42,890 bases of DNA. Source: a virus (taxonomy: Duplodnaviria; Caudoviricetes). The position numbers and the translations under genes are program-made. The stretch covers positions 1 to 42,890 of the IMG/VR virus record IMGVR_UViG_3300002092_000078. One strand, given 5' to 3'. How positions within the stretch are numbered: position 1 is the stretch's first letter; each line of letters starts with the position of its first letter. Of this stretch, positions 34,549-42,890 are shown one piece after another. The notes below the pieces were generated by a model. It worked only from the letters and a program-made list of their open reading frames with translations. It did no database searches and was not told the DNA's origin.

Positions 34549-34740
34549 TTATTGAAAGAAAACTATGTGCGCCCATTCTCGCGGCGGCTCTGGTGGTGGA
34601 ACTATTGCCTTCCTGAATTGCTCGGGAGTCGGTTTTGGCGTTGCGGCGGCTTTTATATCATAATACCGCTGCTTTGACCGTTGGAGTAACTTTTCCCTGT
34701 TTTTTTGGTAGTATGCCTTGCAGGCTTCAGGAGAACTCAT
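34549..34740 (-). CDS. Small basic protein
   Basis: KAYYQKNREKLLQRSKQRY helix; ATGA-coupled. Confidence 0.6.
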   Translation of the reverse strand: MSSPEACKAYYQKNREKLLQRSKQRYYDIKAAATPKPTPEQFRKAIVPPPEPPREWAHIVFFQ

Positions 34741-35177
34741 GCTGCTACGTTTTTATATGAATGTGGTTTACTTTCATTATTAAGTCCTTTGGGCACTATG
34801 TAACCGCTGTTGCGCCATTTGCTCATTCTACTTCTCAGTGCAGTTTCGTTCATTGCCAGTATACCGGCCACTGCTTTGCAAGGGCGATGCCACAACTCAG
34901 CAATAATTATTTTCACCTCTTCTTCGGTAAACGTCTTTACCCGCTCATTCTGGTACTTCATGCTGATCCAGTATATATTATTGGGCTTAACTACCTTTTC
35001 CTTTTCTGTCTTTACGTACTCGGCCACAACATCTTTTAAGGTTGGCTTAGGAACTGGCAGCTCTACCGGATCATCGTACAGTTCATGCAGGAAAGATCTA
35101 TAGTCGGCAATAGTAATGCCTGGCTCTTCATCGATAATTCTTAATAGCTGATCTTCTGGCAAGTGTGGGTGTTTCAT
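34737..35177 (-). CDS. Hypothetical protein with C-terminal HTH-like segment
   Basis: FTEEEVKII...CKAVAGILAMNETALRSRM. Confidence 0.6.
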   Translation of the reverse strand: MKHPHLPEDQLLRIIDEEPGITIADYRSFLHELYDDPVELPVPKPTLKDVVAEYVKTEKEKVVKPNNIYWISMKYQNERVKTFTEEEVKIIIAELWHRPCKAVAGILAMNETALRSRMSKWRNSGYIVPKGLNNESKPHSYKNVAA

Positions 35178-35764
35178 GATAAAGACTTAAGTGAATTACA
35201 CAATGAATACGCCATCTGCTGTATCACTACAGGTACCACGCTGTTACCTATATACTTCTTCTGTTCGCTCTGGTTGCCTATTAGTACGTAGCTAGCCGGA
35301 AATCCCTGTATTTTCAGAAGCTCGGGTATTTTCAGCATGCGCATTTTAATATCAACAATATTATACAGGCACATGAACTCCTTTATTTGCATCATTATAT
35401 CGCTGTCGCCTTCATCTACACGTATGGCTATCTGGTATTCTGTCTTGTCATCCTGAGCTTGCCGAAGGGATACAGGTAAACATATATACAGCGGGGCCTT
35501 ATCCTGTCTGGCAACTATTACCGGGCACGGGCTATCTGTTTCGCTCACATTGCCGCCATGGCTTGGGTTTATAATGTAGCTCCACTTCCTGTTAGCTGTT
35601 ATGGTTGGGTGCACTTCATCTATGCCCGATGGCAAATTGCTGTAGTTGGTATGCATAATGAACGGTTCAGCAGTCACAAGGTTAGCTTTTGGATTGGTAG
35701 TTATAGACGGGCAAACAGTATCTACAGGGCTTGTATTGTCACCGTTACTATAATTGCTCATCAT
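35174..35764 (-). CDS. C5 cytosine methyltransferase, C-terminal part (motifs IX-X)
   Basis: MRMLKIPELLKIQGFP, QKKYIGNSVVP; in frame with the upstream part across one TAG. Confidence 0.85.
   Translation of the reverse strand: MMSNYSNGDNTSPVDTVCPSITTNPKANLVTAEPFIMHTNYSNLPSGIDEVHPTITANRKWSYIINPSHGGNVSETDSPCPVIVARQDKAPLYICLPVSLRQAQDDKTEYQIAIRVDEGDSDIMMQIKEFMCLYNIVDIKMRMLKIPELLKIQGFPASYVLIGNQSEQKKYIGNSVVPVVIQQMAYSLCNSLKSLS
35446..35470 (+). repeat. REP-like element inside the methyltransferase
   Basis: TGTCATCCTGAGCTTGCCGAAGGGA, read as SLRQAQDD on the coding strand. Confidence 0.55.
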
Positions 35765-35773
35765 AAAGTGCGG

Positions 35774-37297
35774 CTACACTATGCTTACCTTATCCTTGGT
35801 CATTATGGTGCCCAGTGGCTGATCAGTGTCCAGTGTGCTACCGTTTCCGTAATGAGATACTAACATTACAAGCGCCTGGCTATCTTTTGTCGGTATGGTT
35901 GGTGCAGGACCATCTACGCTATGCACATTGGCACCGTTACCATGGTATACGCTGATGAACGTAACATCCTGATTGCCGCCGGTACCTGTCAATGTCCTTG
36001 CCGGACCGTTTACATCTACTACTTTTCCATCAGGATTACCGCCGTTACGCTGCACTATATATACCATGCTTTGGTTGCAAACGGTTGTTAATGTGCCGGC
36101 CGGTTCTTCTATACTGGTTACTTTACCTTCAGGGTGGCCGCTGAAATGCTTTTGGATGAATGCCACATTAACCAGCGTATGAGAATTACGGGTAGTAAGG
36201 GTTTTGCATGGCTCATTTATATCTTTATTCCTAAACTCTGCATTGCCGCCATTATACGTACTCAGGAATACCGGCTGTACTATCTGCTGACTGTCCCTGG
36301 TAGTTACAGTTCGTGCAGGTCCGTCACAGGTATAGGTACCATCACTATTACTGGCTGTAGCATAAGTTTGAGCCATGAACTTATCTTTACCACCTGCTAC
36401 AAACTTTATAAGGCCGGCATATATGCGCTCCAGTGTTTTATCACTCAGTGGCTTCGCCCGTTCAAAAATGCTTTTACCCTCATCGGTAAAGTCCAGTACT
36501 TCTTTTACTGCCTTCCACGGCTTCAGCTCGTGCATATCAAAGAAGCTACCCTGTAAGCCAGTCTTTGCCTTCTTTACCTTTCCGTGAGTGGCTGAAGGCC
36601 ATGAAATAGGTAACCCATCCTTAGCAAATATGCCAAACAGGCGGTTACGACTGGTATAAGCTCCGAAGTTGGCGCTGTTCAGTTCTTTCCATTCATCACG
36701 GTAACCATAGCTGTTAACCATATTGCACCAGCGCATATAGTCTATGCCGTTCCTTTTGCTGACAGGCTTGCCGTTTTCATCCAGTGGCCCCCAGCTCATA
36801 AACTCTACTACATTTTCTATAGTTATGTAGTCAGGGTTCAGATACTGGATGTAACGCTCCAGGTGTTCAGCAAGGGTACGGCTATCAGCATCACGCGGTT
36901 GGCTGCCTTTTGCCTTGCTGAAATTGGTACACTCCAGTGATGCATGAAGAACTATGCGCGCATTAGGATACATAGCCCTGTAGAAGTTCACCAGCTTTAC
37001 CAGGCAGGTAAGATCCAATGTGCGTATATCTTCTTGAAAGTGAGCAACATATTTATAATTGGCCCAGTGGCTCTTAATGGCGTTCTTATCATGGTTCACA
37101 CAGGCAATCACCAGTGCGCGACCATCAGTCATTTCAAACCCTGTACTGGTACCACCGGCACCGCAAAACAGATCAATAACTAACAGCTCAGGCTCTACAG
37201 CCTTTTTTGTAATGCTGCGTATAAAGTCATCAACATTATCAGGGCCTATCAGGTGGTTGCTTAAATCTGGTTTTGGTAGTTTAGCTTGGATAGTCAT
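35774..37297 (-). CDS. C5 cytosine methyltransferase, N-terminal part (motifs I-VIII plus repeats)
   Basis: DLFCGAGG, SLECTNFSKAKG, IENVVEF, GAYTSRNRLF; ends at TAG 35776-35774. Confidence 0.9.
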   Translation of the reverse strand: MTIQAKLPKPDLSNHLIGPDNVDDFIRSITKKAVEPELLVIDLFCGAGGTSTGFEMTDGRALVIACVNHDKNAIKSHWANYKYVAHFQEDIRTLDLTCLVKLVNFYRAMYPNARIVLHASLECTNFSKAKGSQPRDADSRTLAEHLERYIQYLNPDYITIENVVEFMSWGPLDENGKPVSKRNGIDYMRWCNMVNSYGYRDEWKELNSANFGAYTSRNRLFGIFAKDGLPISWPSATHGKVKKAKTGLQGSFFDMHELKPWKAVKEVLDFTDEGKSIFERAKPLSDKTLERIYAGLIKFVAGGKDKFMAQTYATASNSDGTYTCDGPARTVTTRDSQQIVQPVFLSTYNGGNAEFRNKDINEPCKTLTTRNSHTLVNVAFIQKHFSGHPEGKVTSIEEPAGTLTTVCNQSMVYIVQRNGGNPDGKVVDVNGPARTLTGTGGNQDVTFISVYHGNGANVHSVDGPAPTIPTKDSQALVMLVSHYGNGSTLDTDQPLGTIMTKDKVSIV

Positions 37298-37323
37298 ATT
37301 AGAATAGTGTTGGTACTTGTGTT

Positions 37324-39504
37324 TTATAATAATGTCAATTGGCCCTTTGCCTGTTGTGCGGAGGCCATAATGCCAACCTGTTTACCGAAGTAGCTTTTCT
37401 TCAGCTCTATAAGAATAGCTTTCCTATCCATTTCAATTGCCACTTTCCCTTCGCTTCCTACTCCGGCCATTGGGCTTAGTACTGTATCTCCTTTATTGGT
37501 CCACATCAGATAGCAACGGCGGATAGGCTCCAGCTGCGTTGGGGTGATGTGCCGCTCATCTTTAGTGTCCTTAGCATCCATGTACCTTACTGTATCACCT
37601 TCCTCAATATCTATCCATACTGGTTCTGCTATTTTGCACCATAGATCAAATGGCAGATCGTTTTTTATTGGCTCTTCGTTTTCTCCGGGCTTCCTGAAGG
37701 TGATAATATAATCTGCAAGCCCTGGGCGAACTATACTGCTATCCTGTTTAGTGGTGCCATGCATCAGCTGCCTGTTTTTCGTCCTTATGGCTGCCGTTTT
37801 GGGGTCCTTCCTTATCATCACTTCAGCATGGAAGTAAAATCCTGCATCCTGAAATAGCCTGATAAGATCACCCCTGAAATCCTTTATTGAATAATGACCG
37901 TCACGGCCAAGTAAGGTGGTAGACTGCATAATGTGCATAGATATCAGTCTACCTGGCTTTAATACCCTATATAGCTGAGGTGTCAGGAACCTGAAGTGAT
38001 CGTACATCTCATCATTATCTTTCACGTTGCTGAAGTCACGCGGATCATTGCTGAATACATACATAGCCCCGAATGGAGGGGAAAAGAAACTATAGTCAAT
38101 ACTATTGTCAGGTATGCGGTTATAAATTTCTGTGATACAATCACCGTTTATCAGCGTGTAGTTATCGGTTACTACATCTTCTGCAGGTTCTTCCGGCTCT
38201 TCAGCATTCCAGTATTCCAGCATTGCCGCACGCATTTGCGCCTGCATGTTCAGGAACTTGGCTTCCTTTATCCTTAAAGACAGCGATACATTCTGCATCG
38301 TGTCAGTAGTAAGGGAGTAAACCCATACAGGCTTTAGCTGTCCGAATCGATAACTTCTTCTAACAGACTGATATAGTTTTTCAAAACTGAAGTCAGGGCT
38401 TGTAAATAGCTGATGTTGGCAATTTTGGTAGTTAAGCCCCATTGAAGCTATCTTGCCCTTAGTTATCAGTACCCTGAATTCATTATTAGCAAAGCCTAAT
38501 AGATTCTTCTTTTTGATATCGCTCTTATCACTTCCTTTTACCTCTACGGCATCCGGGATCAGCTTTCTTAACAATTCACCTTCTTCATCATGCGCTACCC
38601 ACACTATCCACTGTTCTATATTTCCGTTTACCAGTTCCGCCGCGCATGCCATACGTTCAGCTGTTGTTAACTTCAGCTCTGTGTTATGCCCGGTAGCGCT
38701 TACGTGCACATCATTAAATAGCAGTCCATTATCTTTTTTGGCTGTTACTATTTGCCTGTCAATAAAGTACAGTGGCGGCAATACATAACCTTCATCGCTA
38801 TAGCCTATATCGCTTGGCTTAGATATCATCAGCGCCCAGGTGCTCATCCACCTGTAGAAAATCTTTTCGGCATGAGCTTTCAGCCTGTATTTGTTCCCCT
38901 TTATAATTTCCTTATCGGTCGTGAAGAACATTGCCCTCATATCCTGGCTGGTCATCACGTTAAGGAACTCGGCATGATTGCCTATTTCCAATTCATCGTT
39001 AGGCGATGGCGTTGCGGTACAGCATAATTTGAATGGAGTATCTTTAAACAGATCAACAAGTAAGTTGCGGGTAGCTCCGCTAAAGTTTTTCAATATGCTG
39101 CTTTCATCCAATACAATACCGGACAATAAGCTGACATCAACATTTTCTAACTGATCATAGTTCGTAGTGTATATACCACACGGATGATCCTGCACATCAA
39201 AGTAGTTAGTGACTGCTAAGCCTATTGTTTTACCTTCTGTAATTGTCTGCTCTACAACTGCCAGCGGAGCTAATATTAACACTGGCCCACCTGTATGCTT
39301 TGCCACCTCATCAGCCCATGTAATTTGCTGTCTGGTCTTTCCCAAACCGCAATCCTCTATCAGAGCAAATCTACCGGCCTTCAAAGCCTTTTTCACACAG
39401 TACTGTTGAAATGGCGATAAATGCTTCCAACCTCCAGCTACATCGAAACCAGTTTCTAAGCGCCGGTATTCCTTTCTGGAAATCAACTGTTCGTATGATG
39501 TCAT
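37324..39504 (-). CDS. SNF2-like helicase fused to N6A/N4C DNA methyltransferase
   Basis: DCGLGKT, LDESSILK, TATPSPND, QSVRRSYRFGQ; then GDC, FSPPF, HITPTQL, VLSPMAGVGS. Confidence 0.9.
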   Translation of the reverse strand: MTSYEQLISRKEYRRLETGFDVAGGWKHLSPFQQYCVKKALKAGRFALIEDCGLGKTRQQITWADEVAKHTGGPVLILAPLAVVEQTITEGKTIGLAVTNYFDVQDHPCGIYTTNYDQLENVDVSLLSGIVLDESSILKNFSGATRNLLVDLFKDTPFKLCCTATPSPNDELEIGNHAEFLNVMTSQDMRAMFFTTDKEIIKGNKYRLKAHAEKIFYRWMSTWALMISKPSDIGYSDEGYVLPPLYFIDRQIVTAKKDNGLLFNDVHVSATGHNTELKLTTAERMACAAELVNGNIEQWIVWVAHDEEGELLRKLIPDAVEVKGSDKSDIKKKNLLGFANNEFRVLITKGKIASMGLNYQNCQHQLFTSPDFSFEKLYQSVRRSYRFGQLKPVWVYSLTTDTMQNVSLSLRIKEAKFLNMQAQMRAAMLEYWNAEEPEEPAEDVVTDNYTLINGDCITEIYNRIPDNSIDYSFFSPPFGAMYVFSNDPRDFSNVKDNDEMYDHFRFLTPQLYRVLKPGRLISMHIMQSTTLLGRDGHYSIKDFRGDLIRLFQDAGFYFHAEVMIRKDPKTAAIRTKNRQLMHGTTKQDSSIVRPGLADYIITFRKPGENEEPIKNDLPFDLWCKIAEPVWIDIEEGDTVRYMDAKDTKDERHITPTQLEPIRRCYLMWTNKGDTVLSPMAGVGSEGKVAIEMDRKAILIELKKSYFGKQVGIMASAQQAKGQLTLL

Positions 39505-39539
39505 AATTTATTGATTTACTTGTAACTAACTAATTGTAT

Positions 39540-39644
39540 TTATTTTTTTATTTCTATCAATATCCAACAGATGAGTACTACCCACCCCAGACGTACCCAG
39601 TCGTGTATCAGCTGGTCTTTTTTCGGTACTTGGTTACTGGCCAT
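39540..39644 (-). CDS. 34-aa membrane peptide
   Basis: Manual translation MASNQVPKKDQLIHDWVRLGWVVLICWILIEIKK. Confidence 0.4.
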   Translation of the reverse strand: MASNQVPKKDQLIHDWVRLGWVVLICWILIEIKK

Positions 39645-39681
39645 CAGTCAGCTATTCAAGCGTATTTTATAGAGTGATTTT

Positions 39682-39709
39682 AAAAGCCCGAGGGTAGACA
39701 CCGCCAGGC
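39682..39709 (-). terminator. Terminator-like hairpin
   Basis: GCCTGGCGGT-gtct-ACCCTCGGGC-TTTT. Confidence 0.5.
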
Positions 39710-39725
39710 ATAACCCATGTATTAA

Positions 39726-40295
39726 CTAACCCTCGTTTTCGCCCGGAAACGACAACTCCATCTGTGGATCTGGAGCTTGTTTACCCTCAAACAGGTAAGC
39801 ATGCACTTCCGCCTTGCAATTATCAATGTGCTCTGCCAATCCATTTACATAGTCGTATTCATACACGTCATTTGACCATTTCTGAAAAGGACTTACAAGG
39901 TTAATAACCCTTGCAGCCCTCAACCGGCGGTTACCGATAAGGCAAACGCCTTCGCTATCGCCAGTGCCACCTATAGTAAACCCCGTACACTCCAGCTCTT
40001 TAGCTATAGCATGGTTGATGTTGTCAAGATTGTACATCTCAGTGTCCTCTACCGGTTCATCATTAAAGCCATACTGAACAGGAACCAAAGCAGAACTTTC
40101 ATCTTCTCTTACCTGCTCCGTAAGTAGCCCGAGGTGAATGTTCAACCGGCCGAATGCCCTCCGTAGATCGTCATGGATCGGTGGCGTACAATCCTTTTTA
40201 ATGTTCTCGACTCCGTTCTTTACCTGCTCGGAGTACTCAACGGACAATGTAGTCCCGTTCTTAATTTGCGCCTTTTTAATAGTAATGCTGCTCAT
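39726..40295 (-). CDS. Conserved Bacteroidota phage protein
   Basis: ITIKKAQIK...IHDDLRRAF...GFTIGG...EGVCLIG...YLFEGKQAP. Confidence 0.75.
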   Translation of the reverse strand: MSSITIKKAQIKNGTTLSVEYSEQVKNGVENIKKDCTPPIHDDLRRAFGRLNIHLGLLTEQVREDESSALVPVQYGFNDEPVEDTEMYNLDNINHAIAKELECTGFTIGGTGDSEGVCLIGNRRLRAARVINLVSPFQKWSNDVYEYDYVNGLAEHIDNCKAEVHAYLFEGKQAPDPQMELSFPGENEG

Positions 40296-40297
40296 AT

Positions 40298-40729
40298 TTA
40301 GATTTTAAACTCTTGCTGTTCGTTAGGGTCCGGGATGTAGATGTCAAGCATGCTAACGCCGAACTGTTGTATCTTTTCTATGTAGGCAATGAAATCATTT
40401 GTGTTCATCTCAGTGGTACTTCTTGCCACGTCTATGTAGTGCCCATCTTTTAACTCTATCTGCTCGCTGTTGAACCTGGTCTTTAGAAACTCATGGGTAC
40501 GTTCTTCGTCAAAGTCATTGCCCAGCTCTACCAGTCTATCAGTAACCATCGAGATAACAACTCCCCAGTAGTAGGCATTTTGTTTATTTGATCTCTTATT
40601 GCCCCTTGTTTTGATAGTAATAGTTATGTCCTTATTGGCATTGGAACATATCCAGTGTAAAAGCTGATCTCTGTTAAACACATTCAGTTTTCCGTTACCG
40701 TCAATGCTTCCATTTGTTTTGTAAAGCAT
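40298..40729 (-). CDS. NinB/Orf-like recombination protein
   Basis: KRSNKQNAYYWG...HEFLK...RSTTEMNT.DF..YIEKIQ...IYIPDP. Confidence 0.75.
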   Translation of the reverse strand: MLYKTNGSIDGNGKLNVFNRDQLLHWICSNANKDITITIKTRGNKRSNKQNAYYWGVVISMVTDRLVELGNDFDEERTHEFLKTRFNSEQIELKDGHYIDVARSTTEMNTNDFIAYIEKIQQFGVSMLDIYIPDPNEQQEFKI

Positions 40730-41245
40730 CTATTTTAGACTTATGGCTAACGATGTGGTGGATGTCTTTATAGGTGGGTAGAGTGTGACAACTTCATCTT
40801 CATTCAGGACCTCTATTCCCTTTAATGGTATGTTCTTTAAGTATCCTTCACGCGCCTTTATCTTATCATCGAGCGCCTTCTTTTCAATCAAAAGATTATT
40901 ATATTCGACATCTCCACATCCTGAATAGTCATACTTAGTGCCTGTTTCTTTGATCTCAAACTTTGCACCTTCGGCCTCGAAGCTTTTACCAGAATACTTA
41001 TTGGCCTCTTTGAGCAAATAATCTCGATACGACTTAGCCAGATTGAAGCTTTTGTTCTTCTTCTCATCTGTAGAAGTCAGCATGAAGCATATATCCTCCA
41101 TAGATTTTATATATCGGTGGACTTTGAGCGGGGATATATCCCCATCATCCAACTTATTGATCAGGCTTTGAATAAAAGTTGTCCTCTGTTCGGCGGTAGT
41201 ATCAAAAAGCGATACTATTGACAAAGCATTCATTTCGCTATGCAT
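40730..41245 (-). CDS. Conserved phage protein of the recombination module
   Basis: EIKETGTKYDYSGCGD...KAREGYLK...PPIKTSTT. Confidence 0.7.
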   Translation of the reverse strand: MHSEMNALSIVSLFDTTAEQRTTFIQSLINKLDDGDISPLKVHRYIKSMEDICFMLTSTDEKKNKSFNLAKSYRDYLLKEANKYSGKSFEAEGAKFEIKETGTKYDYSGCGDVEYNNLLIEKKALDDKIKAREGYLKNIPLKGIEVLNEDEVVTLYPPIKTSTTSLAISLK

Positions 41246-42125
41246 GAGATGGTGTTTTTAATTCGTTCATTTTTTTTGATGCTGCAGCTCTGAATGACGC
41301 ATCGGTCTTAACGTAGTCAGGTAGTCCTTCTCCCAGTATTGTGAACTCATCCATATTGTTGCAGGCAGATAACATATTGATAGCGGTCTCAACTTCTACC
41401 TTTACGTCAACTCCGCTTTCACACCAATCTTTAAGTAACTGACCCCACTCTATAGAAGGGGTAAATGATTTTCCGTGAAATAGCCCTGTACGGTCCTTCG
41501 ACGCTGTTGCGTTATGAAGCTGGTCAAGCTCGAGGTTAGCGGTAAGTTCATATTCAAACCCCTCTCGTGTTATCTCTTTCAGCCCGGCCTTTGTAATAAC
41601 TGTTTTGCCATTTTGATTAGACATATCATAGTCTTGCTTACGGCGAACAGTTGTAAATATGTGGCATGGGCTTTGGAGTATTGCATTAATGAACACCTGA
41701 TGACGAGGTGTAACGTTAGCCCACTGAGCATATGAATTATGCTTAGGGTCCTTTTTAGTCAACTCGTCAAGTATTTCCAGGCAACCGCCGGCACCATCCC
41801 ATTCGTGCGTTATGCTATCGATAATTATAACCTCTACACCGCCATTTTCGCATGCATAGATAGCTTCCTTGTATCGCTCTGGGGTGTACGGAGCTTTTAA
41901 CGGATATACAAGAAATTCACCGATAGTTGAACCACTATCTAAAGTGTGATTTGCATACAGATCTGCACTTTCATTTTCTGTATCGATAACTGCGATCTTA
42001 TCCCAGTCGCCGGTCATACCGTATGCCATAAGAAGTGCTGATACTGTTTTACCACCACCGCTAACGGATGAAAACCCGAGCCTTATTTTAGCTTTCTTTC
42101 TTGTAGCTTTTCTTAATTGTTCCAC
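41238..42125 (-). CDS. Sak4-like AAA ATPase (single-strand annealing recombinase)
   Basis: SGGGKT Walker A, VIDTENES, IIIDSITHEW, REGFEYE, KDRT; GTG start. Confidence 0.85.
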   Translation of the reverse strand: MEQLRKATRKKAKIRLGFSSVSGGGKTVSALLMAYGMTGDWDKIAVIDTENESADLYANHTLDSGSTIGEFLVYPLKAPYTPERYKEAIYACENGGVEVIIIDSITHEWDGAGGCLEILDELTKKDPKHNSYAQWANVTPRHQVFINAILQSPCHIFTTVRRKQDYDMSNQNGKTVITKAGLKEITREGFEYELTANLELDQLHNATASKDRTGLFHGKSFTPSIEWGQLLKDWCESGVDVKVEVETAINMLSACNNMDEFTILGEGLPDYVKTDASFRAAASKKMNELKTPSHA

Positions 42126-42272
42126 TTAAATTGAAGTTTTATATCTGTTCCATATTTCTATAATATGGTTGTCAGAAGCATGAATGATAAATTTTGCAAT
42201 CACTATAGATGCCTTTGGCATAATCGTGAAGTAGATTACATCGTCTAACTTCACTTGGTATAGGATCATCAT
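42126..42272 (-). CDS. Small hypothetical protein (48 aa)
   Basis: Manual translation MMILYQVKLDDVIYFTIMPKASIVIAKFIIHASDNHIIEIWNRYKTSI; TAATG overlap upstream, abuts the next start. Confidence 0.6.
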   Translation of the reverse strand: MMILYQVKLDDVIYFTIMPKASIVIAKFIIHASDNHIIEIWNRYKTSI

Positions 42273-42889
42273 TAGAATGTTGCCAGTTTTTTGAAGCGTT
42301 CGTATCCGTAGGCGTTATCTTTTTGAAGGATTGGCAATAGGTCCTTAGCAAGCATCGGCGCATCTTCTACAGTAGTCTTACCATCATTTATTGTATGGAA
42401 TGGTATATTGTATTTCTGTAGGAATTGACGGCAACCCATATCGCATGCGCCGGTGATAGCTCTGTAGTGCTGAACCGTTAACGGGGTATCTGCATTTATC
42501 GGCTCTTTCTTCAGTTTGTCAGAAGCTATCTTGAATTGCAGATCTTCGATGGCCTTCTTAATGCTATCGCCGTGTGCGTAGTATTCATTTGAGTTAGCTA
42601 TGAAGAAGTAGTTTTCTTTATTTACTGATTTAGCAGAATAGATAACTATTTTATCGGTACTGCCAGGCAATCTTTTTTTGTCGAGTATTTCGCAGAAAAT
42701 ACCATCTATCAACGCGTATGTTTTGCTTTCCTTCGTCCAAAAGAAATTACGATTGATACGTAGCTCTGGAACTTGATCGCCTTTGTATTTAGTCACCGCA
42801 CTCAGGTAAAGGTCGCCGCCAACGGTAAGGCTGATGCCCTCAGGAATCGTAGTCACCGACCTCAGGTAAAGGTTGCCGCCAACGGTAAG
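42272..42889 (-). CDS. 3' part of tandem-repeat protein with conserved C-terminal domain
   Basis: LTVGGNLYLRSVTTIPEGISLTVGGDLYLSAVTK... then AHGDSIKKAIEDLQFK, YRAITGACDMGC. Confidence 0.85.
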   Translation of the reverse strand, partial: LTVGGNLYLRSVTTIPEGISLTVGGDLYLSAVTKYKGDQVPELRINRNFFWTKESKTYALIDGIFCEILDKKRLPGSTDKIVIYSAKSVNKENYFFIANSNEYYAHGDSIKKAIEDLQFKIASDKLKKEPINADTPLTVQHYRAITGACDMGCRQFLQKYNIPFHTINDGKTTVEDAPMLAKDLLPILQKDNAYGYERFKKLATF

Positions 42890-42890
42890 G
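42790..42890. repeat. ~1.7 units of the same 60-bp coding repeat
   Basis: Matches nt 1-120; the last 13 nt equal nt 1-13. Confidence 0.97.

Larger units (their letters stand above)
1..42890. mobile_element. Near-complete circular tailed phage genome (siphovirus-like, Bacteroidota host)
   Basis: Terminase, portal, protease, capsid, tape measure, lysis and replication genes are all present. No host genes are seen. The ends overlap by 13 nt inside one ORF. Confidence 0.95.

Noticed and set aside
35774-35776. Genome-wide TAG->Gln recoding (code 15)
   Set aside because: Many genes end at TAG at natural C-termini (3644, 4305, 5293, 6652, 29596, 30617, 39726, 41238), long genes have no internal TAG, and no suppressor tRNA is seen.
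40298-41245. Readthrough fusion across TAG-ATG at 40732-40727
   Set aside because: In frame, but both halves look like complete stand-alone phage proteins; abutting stop/start is common in this genome.
42172-42363. 63-aa minus-strand ORF from the track
   Set aside because: Overlaps the repeat-protein gene out of frame; the 48-aa ORF 42126-42272 fits the coupling pattern better.
1-42890. Diversity-generating retroelement, tRNA genes, cas genes
   Set aside because: No reverse transcriptase motif, no TR/VR pair, no tRNA cloverleaf with T-loop consensus and no cas ORF recognised by eye.

Overview
The window is an essentially complete, circularly permuted ~42.9 kb tailed dsDNA phage genome of a Bacteroidota host. 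Host evidence is TAnnTTTG promoters, AT-rich starts without Shine-Dalgarno motifs and Bacteroidota-type structural genes; the long tape measure suggests a siphovirus. The contig breaks inside a 60-bp tandem repeat within one gene (nt 1-13 = nt 42878-42890). Almost all genes are on the minus strand. In transcription order they are: Cro-like gene, recombination/replication/methylation genes (Sak4-like ATPase, NinB-like, SNF2-methyltransferase fusion, amber-interrupted C5 methyltransferase, SNF2 helicase, initiator with iterons, VRR-NUC), terminase, an accessory cassette, tail genes, tape measure, Clp protease, capsid, two tail-tube paralogs, portal, adaptor, lysis. The lysogeny module is damaged: only the C-terminal ~80 codons of a tyrosine integrase remain. 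Best leads are: (i) two homologous promoter-driven ~100-nt stem-loop elements with hidden uORFs that face each other across a small membrane-protein cassette; (ii) an endolysin whose peptidoglycan-binding tail appears to sit on a separate secreted protein; (iii) an Acb2-like putative nucleotide sponge; (iv) a C5 methyltransferase split by an in-frame TAG and carrying a REP-like insertion. All family assignments come from motif recognition by eye, not database searches.
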